Of a stretch of DNA of 64,000 bases, positions 47,769 to 55,046 are shown piece by piece; the stretch's first letter is position 1; every line of letters starts with the position of its first letter. Position numbers and translations under genes: made by a program. Below the pieces are notes generated by a model, which was not told the DNA's origin, did no database searches, and was given only the letters and a program-made list of their open reading frames with translations. The DNA comes from a virus (taxonomy: Duplodnaviria; Caudoviricetes): the IMG/VR virus record IMGVR_UViG_3300024259_001623. One strand, written 5' to 3'.

Positions 47769-48311
47769 TTAAGTAATAGTCGAATTCGTTCTGTTACCAT
47801 CTGCATCGAAATCAACATTAGATGTTTCGGTGGCTCCATCTCTACCTTTCCAAGAAACATTATCGCCAGCAACAACAGAATCTCCTATCAATACTGCCAA
47901 CATCACTTCTACAGCCTTCTTCATAGAAATAACTTCTGTTCCTGTGCTGTCTGTATCTATTCCAGCGCTACTAGGATAAATATTATCAAGATCCCAATAA
48001 ACCTCATTAATAGCCAATAGTGTATCAGTCAAAGCTGGTGCACCGGCAATACGTAAATACATATACAAAGTATAGTTACCTTCTGTTACCCCGGCGTTGG
48101 TAGGAAAGGTGCCTTGATAATTATACGACCCTGCAATTTCTGTCATTACAGTATCGAAATTATCTGGCAACGCTGCCGGAGCCGCTTGCCACGTATTATC
48201 GCTAACTCTCCAATATTTACTATAATCCGCACTTTCTGGTATATTATTTTGCAAAAAGAAATATAGATTTACGCCAGTAACAGTATGTCTAAACTGAACT
48301 TCATTAGCCAT
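47769..48311 (-). CDS. hypothetical protein, possibly virion-associated
   Basis: Beta-rich N-domain and C-terminal AVLIGD...KGRDG...DADGNRT motif. Confidence 0.6.
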   Translation of the reverse strand: MANEVQFRHTVTGVNLYFFLQNNIPESADYSKYWRVSDNTWQAAPAALPDNFDTVMTEIAGSYNYQGTFPTNAGVTEGNYTLYMYLRIAGAPALTDTLLAINEVYWDLDNIYPSSAGIDTDSTGTEVISMKKAVEVMLAVLIGDSVVAGDNVSWKGRDGATETSNVDFDADGNRTNSTIT

Positions 48312-48325
48312 AATTGATTATCCTA

Positions 48326-49135
48326 TTATTTGTATCCGAAAAATTGATTATAAAAACCAAATTTTTCCATTATTAAATTAGCTATATCATCAGAAACATA
48401 TTTTTTCCATTCTTCTTGATCAGATGGCTCTACCTTACCTTCTCCCTTATGAGGATATTTATTAAGATAGAATCCATCAGGATCATTAGCCGTATTTTCT
48501 ACATTATCAAAATCGTGCTTAAATCCTTCTTCATTTAATTCAGAATAAATTCTTTCCATGACCATTGCTGGGTTTTTTGCAAAATATTCATAATTAACAT
48601 ATATAACACCATCTGGTTTTCTTCTCATTAGGTCTTCTATGCCAACTAGTGATCCACCAACCAATCCTTGTGGCCCAAACATAACATCTGCCCTATTATA
48701 TAATGTTTTTTCTACCGGGTCTACGCTTTCTACGACCAGAGGACTTTTACTATTTTGCTTTTCTATTGATGAGAAAATATTACGTAAATCTCTAACCATA
48801 ACAATCATCTTAGATTCAGGGAATAATTCATGAAGAATTGGCTCATTACTATTCCATCCTCTAGATTTGTCGAATACAACCTCTTTACCGTCTTGTTTAT
48901 GCCAATTTTGTACAAATGCTGACAAACTATCTTGCATTCTTTTTTCTGTTTCTTCTTTTTTGATATTTAATAAATTTTTAACTTCTAAACTACTTGACCA
49001 AACACTAACAACAGAATTAAGCATCATAGGTAAAACGCTAGTAGATGTTGCATGAAATTTAGGATTCTGGTTCAATACGTTGCACATCAATGTAGACCCG
49101 CTCCTTGGCAGTCCTGTTACAACATTCATTTTCAT
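48326..49135 (-). CDS. sulfotransferase-family protein
   Basis: VVTGLPRSGSTL (5'-PSB), FDKSRGW, MVRDLRNIFSS (3'-PB), VNYE. Confidence 0.85.
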   Translation of the reverse strand: MKMNVVTGLPRSGSTLMCNVLNQNPKFHATSTSVLPMMLNSVVSVWSSSLEVKNLLNIKKEETEKRMQDSLSAFVQNWHKQDGKEVVFDKSRGWNSNEPILHELFPESKMIVMVRDLRNIFSSIEKQNSKSPLVVESVDPVEKTLYNRADVMFGPQGLVGGSLVGIEDLMRRKPDGVIYVNYEYFAKNPAMVMERIYSELNEEGFKHDFDNVENTANDPDGFYLNKYPHKGEGKVEPSDQEEWKKYVSDDIANLIMEKFGFYNQFFGYK

Positions 49136-49161
49136 ATTATTTTCCTTTTTTGTACGAAAAA

Positions 49162-49509
49162 TTAAAGTACATCCATTTCAGTACCGATTGCTTTAACTTG
49201 TAATAGAAGACCTCCCAAAACTTGAGCTAAATCTGCATTAGTCTCAGCCATTGTAAATATATCTTCTATAATAAATTCTTTTTTACTCCCATTTTTACGA
49301 GATAATACCCAAGAACCATCCTCCAATTTAGCACCTTTCTGCAAAACTACTCTTACAGAAACAGGCTTATTGGGACGTTCGGCCATCACTTCTAGATTCA
49401 ATAACCACCATTTATCAAAAATAATTTCTGGTTTTGCACTAACTGTTCTTCCTGGTTTTCCAGGCTTAACATCTGGTTTTGTCGCAGGTATTTTAGGGAA
49501 TTCTGCCAT
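49162..49509 (-). CDS. hypothetical protein
   Basis: Pro/Lys-rich N-terminus; GGAG RBS. Confidence 0.65.
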   Translation of the reverse strand: MAEFPKIPATKPDVKPGKPGRTVSAKPEIIFDKWWLLNLEVMAERPNKPVSVRVVLQKGAKLEDGSWVLSRKNGSKKEFIIEDIFTMAETNADLAQVLGGLLLQVKAIGTEMDVL

Positions 49510-49556
49510 TTCATATCTCCTTGCATATTTATATTACATTATACTGTCTATTATAA

Positions 49557-50183
49557 TTATTTACTGCAATTCCTACAACTATTACAACATTTATCTTCAT
49601 CATACCATTTTGCAGTTCCATCTATAACCTTTATAGGACTGAAATCCAACCCTAAATTGTCCATCAAAACTTTAGGAGCAGTCTTCCTAGAGACTAAACT
49701 ATCATAACTGACTACTATAAAAGAATTAAAATCTAAAGTAGAATCAAATATATATTGATAAGCTTTTTGTATTCTAGTCATAGCATCTTTTGCGTCTACG
49801 GCCATTTTCCTAGAAATTTGTGATTTAATCATAGCATAATGATCTCTCACACAAATAACCAAAACGGTGCTACAATATCTCTTTTTAAACTGTAAAGAAA
49901 TATTTTTTAAATCAGGAAACATTTCATCACATGGATGGTCAGGACCAATTTGGTGAAAACCATCTGGGACTGATCTATGCATAACAACCTTGTCATAATA
50001 TTGAGCATCATCAAAAGAAAATTCTTCTTCTTCCTTAAATATTTCATTCTGTCTGCCATCATGCGGGAAAGTAAAATTATACTTAACCCCTTCACAACCA
50101 GCAGCTTGTATCAAATTATGAACAAATCTCGATCCACTAGATTCTGGTCCAACAACAACATATGCTTTCCCTCTATTCTCCAA
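49557..50183 (-). CDS. sulfotransferase-like P-loop protein
   Basis: VVGPESSGSR, ICVRD...IKSQ, VSYDSLV. Confidence 0.65.
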   Translation of the reverse strand: MENRGKAYVVVGPESSGSRFVHNLIQAAGCEGVKYNFTFPHDGRQNEIFKEEEEFSFDDAQYYDKVVMHRSVPDGFHQIGPDHPCDEMFPDLKNISLQFKKRYCSTVLVICVRDHYAMIKSQISRKMAVDAKDAMTRIQKAYQYIFDSTLDFNSFIVVSYDSLVSRKTAPKVLMDNLGLDFSPIKVIDGTAKWYDEDKCCNSCRNCSK

Positions 50184-51138
50184 TTAAAATCTCCTTCTTG
50201 TCATTTTCTTCTTCTTTTCCAGTCAAAGCTTTCATAATAGCCTTTACATCATGTTGTCTACACTTTTCTTTATAAGGACATCTCCATCCCTCATGATCGG
50301 CGAATGAATCATATATAAAAGTAGAAGGTCTATGACATTCTGGAGTTGGACAAGATTCATTTCTGATATTACTATGCAATTCATATCCTAAACAATCTGG
50401 AGAAGTTCCCGACCAACAAACAACACTTGGAATATTTAGTGCTGCCGCTGCATGTTGTAGGAAACTATCTATCAATAAAACCTTATCTGCATGCTTTAAT
50501 AAAGAAGAAAATACTTTTGCCTTGGATTCTAAAACATTAACATTTTCCAATGTTGGCTGATTTTTTGTTTTTACTTGTATAATGGCATAATCTTCCATCA
50601 TACGATTGACAACTTTTTGAGCCACTTCAAAATCTAAATCTCTTTTATGACCAGTTTCCCTAGACTTAATATAAGCAAATTTAGTTTGATTTTCTGGATT
50701 TGCTCCACCCGTGACCTGAATTAAGAACAGTGGCTTATTTAATTGATTTTTATAAAATAAAGCCTCAGCCTCTTCTGCTGCGGAAAAATAAATATCTGGA
50801 ATATAAGTTTTACATTCTATTCCTATTTTATCGCACCATGCTTTTATGATATGTTTTTTCCCATGAATATATTCAGAATCCATGTATGGATCTTCTCTTA
50901 TAATATAAACTTCATCATCATCAATAATATCATCATACAGATTTTCCGCTCCCATTCTGTAAACTTTTTTTACATTGGGATTTCCCCAAAAAACATTAGG
51001 CCAACTGGCGACAACAGATATTTCCTTATCTGGATATTGATTTTTGATGTTTTTGATTACCGCTGTAGATACAATATTTTTTCCCAGACCACCAGACACA
51101 AAAAAAGCTATTTTACTGAAATCACTTATAGATGCCAT
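50173..51138 (-). CDS. glycosyltransferase (GT9/heptosyltransferase-like)
   Basis: FVSGGLGKNIVSTAVIKNIK, LIDSFLQHAAAALNIPSVVCWSGTSP...GY. Confidence 0.78.
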   Translation of the reverse strand: MASISDFSKIAFFVSGGLGKNIVSTAVIKNIKNQYPDKEISVVASWPNVFWGNPNVKKVYRMGAENLYDDIIDDDEVYIIREDPYMDSEYIHGKKHIIKAWCDKIGIECKTYIPDIYFSAAEEAEALFYKNQLNKPLFLIQVTGGANPENQTKFAYIKSRETGHKRDLDFEVAQKVVNRMMEDYAIIQVKTKNQPTLENVNVLESKAKVFSSLLKHADKVLLIDSFLQHAAAALNIPSVVCWSGTSPDCLGYELHSNIRNESCPTPECHRPSTFIYDSFADHEGWRCPYKEKCRQHDVKAIMKALTGKEEENDKKEILIGE

Positions 51139-51202
51139 TTATCAATCCTTTATTATCAGTGCTACGATATACTAATAATATCGTATTTTTGATAATAAAG
51201 TA

Positions 51203-53062
51203 TTATGATGCAGCAGTAACAATTCCATTTACAACAGTCAGATTAGAAATAGCCCCAGAGAAAGAAGCCAAGCCTTGAGTACCAGCAGAATAAATTTTAC
51301 CATCACCCTGTACTCTAACGCCAGCAGCAGCCGTTCCAACCTGCAATGATAAAGCATTTGCATTAGTTCCTGGTCCAATCTGAACTGTATTATGACATTT
51401 TGCCAAAACATCAGCGGCATCAGTAAATCCTAAAGCAAAAGATCCATTACCAGTTGCACATATATATGGACTAGCTGTTTTAGCACATGAATATCCAAAA
51501 GCTATACTACCTATTCCCTTACTGATAATTCGTGAATAATAACTACAGCAAGCATTTGATACACCACCTGCAAGAGAACCATCTCCAGAAGAGTTTATAA
51601 AACCAATTGTATTTGCCGACCCAGAAACAGACTTAACAAGACCAAAAGCTAATGAAGATACACCAGAGGCATTAATTTTTGCACATCCCTGATAATGATC
51701 CCAACAATCAGCCCCGGTTGGCGATGCAGATATTGCATAAACTCTTCCGAAAGCCATTGATCCTTCGCCACAACTAGTAATACTAGATACGGTATAACAT
51801 CCAGTTGTGCAATTGGAACCACAAGCAGAATAAGCGGAACCGAATGCTTGTGATCCATTTCCTATCGCATTTATCCAACTACATGATGTATATGAGTTAG
51901 TGGAACCATGAGCCGATGAACCGACGCCTGCACTTTTGACAAAAGATAGGCTCTTCCGGCAACAATAGCTTGCAGCAGCAAGTGTACAAGAAGAAACTGA
52001 GCCTGTAGCAAAACTACCAGCACCCGCAGCAAAAATATTTCCTCTAGGATTACCACAAAAATTAGGAGTACCTGAGACTACATGACCATTAGCCATTGCC
52101 CCAAAACCAGTAGATTTGATTCCAGAAGTTGAATCAGCCGCATATACTGATGATGCTTGGCAAACACATTGAGATACATGCCCAGAAGCCGTAGATCCCT
52201 TATTAGATGCTAATATATATGAACAACAAGCATCTCCTAAAGCCTCTACCATACCTCTAGAAGAAGCTCCCTGGGCTGAAGATTTAATAGAACCCCATAT
52301 ATCATATGCAGTAAGGCTATTTTCAACTAAAACATAACCTGATGATGATGTACCAGAGTCTCGGCTCTCTATCGAACCTCTAGACTGGTAAACACTTACA
52401 ATATCTCCAAACGCGATACTTCCCCTGGCGTTAGCGTGAGTATATATATTTGAAGTAACAGCACAATTTGGACCACTACACAATGTTCCAAAAACTAATG
52501 AACCAGCCCCTTTATTATGCAAACTTGAGGCACCTGAATAATTACTACTCATTTCCGAATGTCCAAAAGTTACAGTACCAGAGCCAAAAGATGTTATCGT
52601 TGATGTTCCATCCTCATAAGCTTTTGTATATCCATTAGCAAAAGAACCCTTACCGGAAGCGTAAATGCCAGAATATGCTCCAGGTAACCCTGCACCTATA
52701 ACTCCAGTTACACAAGCCATTCCTCTAGCAAATGCACCCTTACCGCTGGCATTTATTCTTGCAAAAGAACAATATCCAGCAGGCGAATCATTAGATAATA
52801 TACCTCCAGCTATTCCTCCGCAATTTGCGGACAACAAAGTACAATCACCAGCAGAATAAACCTGACCAGATAAAAATCCTCCATCTTTAGAACTAAGCGT
52901 ATAACAACCAGAACCTGATATATTATGTATCTTATTTATATCTACCGTTGTAGCGCACATATCTGCGGCACATATTCTATATCCATTAGCGTCTAAATCT
53001 CCACCTAATTGGGGAGATGTATCATTAATAAGATCAGTATCAACTATTCTTGCCCAACCCAT
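51203..53062 (-). CDS. Cys-rich repetitive fibre/adhesin-like protein (YadA-head-like GxGSxAxG repeats)
   Basis: DTSPQLGGDLD N-terminal fibre motif; ~17 IxxxGxGSxAxG units; C-terminal VVNGIVT. Confidence 0.7.
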   Translation of the reverse strand: MGWARIVDTDLINDTSPQLGGDLDANGYRICAADMCATTVDINKIHNISGSGCYTLSSKDGGFLSGQVYSAGDCTLLSANCGGIAGGILSNDSPAGYCSFARINASGKGAFARGMACVTGVIGAGLPGAYSGIYASGKGSFANGYTKAYEDGTSTITSFGSGTVTFGHSEMSSNYSGASSLHNKGAGSLVFGTLCSGPNCAVTSNIYTHANARGSIAFGDIVSVYQSRGSIESRDSGTSSSGYVLVENSLTAYDIWGSIKSSAQGASSRGMVEALGDACCSYILASNKGSTASGHVSQCVCQASSVYAADSTSGIKSTGFGAMANGHVVSGTPNFCGNPRGNIFAAGAGSFATGSVSSCTLAAASYCCRKSLSFVKSAGVGSSAHGSTNSYTSCSWINAIGNGSQAFGSAYSACGSNCTTGCYTVSSITSCGEGSMAFGRVYAISASPTGADCWDHYQGCAKINASGVSSLAFGLVKSVSGSANTIGFINSSGDGSLAGGVSNACCSYYSRIISKGIGSIAFGYSCAKTASPYICATGNGSFALGFTDAADVLAKCHNTVQIGPGTNANALSLQVGTAAAGVRVQGDGKIYSAGTQGLASFSGAISNLTVVNGIVTAAS

Positions 53063-53146
53063 ATTATTTTCCTTATTTAATCTTTAAAAAGATTGTACAT
53101 ATCTCTTTTGGATACAAAAATAATAGTCTTATTCCTTTTTTATATT

Positions 53147-53494
53147 TTATTCTACATTTTCTACATTATCAACAACTGCTTCTTCAAAACCTCCATCATT
53201 ATTCATATCATCGTTCATAAGCATTTTTTCTGGTATATTATAGAAATTAGCTATAATTGTTTGTATATACGGAGCCAATGGTGTTACATCGCTAAGACCC
53301 AAGGATACTGCTGCTAAAGAAGCCCCATTTTGTACTGCGTTATCTAACGTATCTTTATCAGTTATCATCATCATTACGCCATTATCAAACAAAGTATTAC
53401 CTTTGTATAAGTTGACTAACCATTCTGCCATCTTTAATGATACATCATCAGTAGGAGTCTGCATTGTTTGAGATTTTTTATACCAGTTATTCAT
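53147..53494 (-). CDS. hypothetical protein with NWYKKSQ tag
   Basis: MNNWYKKSQT. Confidence 0.7.
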   Translation of the reverse strand: MNNWYKKSQTMQTPTDDVSLKMAEWLVNLYKGNTLFDNGVMMMITDKDTLDNAVQNGASLAAVSLGLSDVTPLAPYIQTIIANFYNIPEKMLMNDDMNNDGGFEEAVVDNVENVE

Positions 53495-53756
53495 AATCTC
53501 TTACCTCCCATTCTGACTTTTCTTCATCAGTCATATTTTCTTCCAAAATAGGAAAAACTCTATTAAAAACTTTTAACCATATATCACTACGTCTTAAATC
53601 TCTTTTTTCTATTTTTTTAACTGCACAAATAGAATCAGTCAATCTATCAACAATCTGTTCTATATTTAAACCAGAATTACTCAACTGTTTCGCTTTGTCA
53701 TCAACATACGTTTCAAACTGATTCTTTAAAGATATTGCTTTTTTATACCAATTCAT
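53487..53756 (-). CDS. hypothetical protein with NWYKKA tag
   Basis: MNWYKKAIS. Confidence 0.7.
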   Translation of the reverse strand: MNWYKKAISLKNQFETYVDDKAKQLSNSGLNIEQIVDRLTDSICAVKKIEKRDLRRSDIWLKVFNRVFPILEENMTDEEKSEWEVRDYE

Positions 53757-54468
53757 ATCTGTATCTCTCAGGGATTATGATATCTCCTAATCCCAAAACG
53801 GTCATTAACTTTTCCCAAGAAATCTTGTAAAACCCTTTTCTGCAATAAGTTATATCTCTATTGTTATGTCTATCATTATGAGGATCAGCTAGACAAACAT
53901 ATTTTTGATCATATCCTACGCATATAACCATATGTCTTTCTGACTCTCCTAGTATAGGGTCTTGTTTATCATTTTCATTATACTTAGGTTTTCTAAATAA
54001 AACTGTCCAATTTATTGTTAATAAAACTGGATTTCTGTTATCTATATTCCTTCTTATATGATAACCAAAATTGTTATCTATAATAATTTTATTAATTCTT
54101 TGTTTTTCGCAAAGAAATTTATATAGACTATAGGCAGAACCAGAAAAATCCGCTTCCGAATCTTTTCTATATTTCTTCATCAATTCTTTTTTTATTGCAG
54201 TTTTATTTAATCTTGACCAAGTAAAATCTACTATATTAAGATCGCTAGTAACTATTGAGACTTTTTTAAATCCCAATTTATTTAATAAAATTCCTATTTC
54301 TCCGGTGTCCATCCCTTCATCTGAAAAATCGCTACTTATTTTCTTAGCTAATTTTCTAGTCAATTCATAACTTATTTCATTATTATAATAGTTGGCAACA
54401 GAAGCCGATGCAGCAACACCGCATTCCGCCATGTTTTGTTTAAATATCGTTATAGGCAAAACTCTCAT
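53743..54468 (-). CDS. C39-like cysteine peptidase
   Basis: FKQNMAECGVAASASV, ERHMVICVGYD, LADPH (Q-C-H-D arrangement). Confidence 0.7.
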   Translation of the reverse strand: MRVLPITIFKQNMAECGVAASASVANYYNNEISYELTRKLAKKISSDFSDEGMDTGEIGILLNKLGFKKVSIVTSDLNIVDFTWSRLNKTAIKKELMKKYRKDSEADFSGSAYSLYKFLCEKQRINKIIIDNNFGYHIRRNIDNRNPVLLTINWTVLFRKPKYNENDKQDPILGESERHMVICVGYDQKYVCLADPHNDRHNNRDITYCRKGFYKISWEKLMTVLGLGDIIIPERYRYELV

Positions 54469-54493
54469 TACTAAACCTCTAAACGATGACTTT

Positions 54494-54524
54494 TAAACTT
54501 CTATTGTATACATTTACAACCTTT
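54494..54524 (-). promoter_or_regulatory. putative phage-sigma promoter (AAAGG-N18-GAAGTTTA)
   Basis: Motif copy upstream of the peptidase operon. Confidence 0.5.
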
Positions 54525-54539
54525 AACAAAACATTTTAT

Positions 54540-55046
54540 TTAACGAAGTTGTTTAGCTTTCTCCTTAGCCCTATAAAATAGAACCTTTAATAGCTTTTTT
54601 GCATCCTGTTCTTCGCTAAAATGATCTTCTATTATAGGCCGATAAATTTCAGATATCTCTTTCGCCTTTTTCCCCCTTAAAATCTCATAAGCCATTCCCA
54701 TAGAAAAAGCGTCTATTTCTTCTGGGTCAGCAAAATAAAAATTCTTTTCCTTCTGTCTTGTCAACCAATGATGTAATTCATGAACAACATAATGAAGACC
54801 ATTCTCAAAAAAGTCTCCTTTCTCAATTATTTTTTTATTTAAAATAATAGTTTTACTGTCCGATTGAGCCTTCTTTCCATCTAACTCTTTAACCTCAAAA
54901 GTCAAATGATCATCAACCCTGTCTAGTGGAACAGAATGTGCATTAAACATATCTACAAAAAATTTATTACTCTTTATGATCTTTTTAAGTCTAGAATTAA
55001 TATCTTTTTGAGATAGTTTAGTTTTTGCAGTAATATACCAAGTCAT
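54540..55046 (-). CDS. WY-tagged protein with HExxH zincin-like motif
   Basis: MTWYITAK; VVHELHHWL...EEIDAF. Confidence 0.7.
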   Translation of the reverse strand: MTWYITAKTKLSQKDINSRLKKIIKSNKFFVDMFNAHSVPLDRVDDHLTFEVKELDGKKAQSDSKTIILNKKIIEKGDFFENGLHYVVHELHHWLTRQKEKNFYFADPEEIDAFSMGMAYEILRGKKAKEISEIYRPIIEDHFSEEQDAKKLLKVLFYRAKEKAKQLR

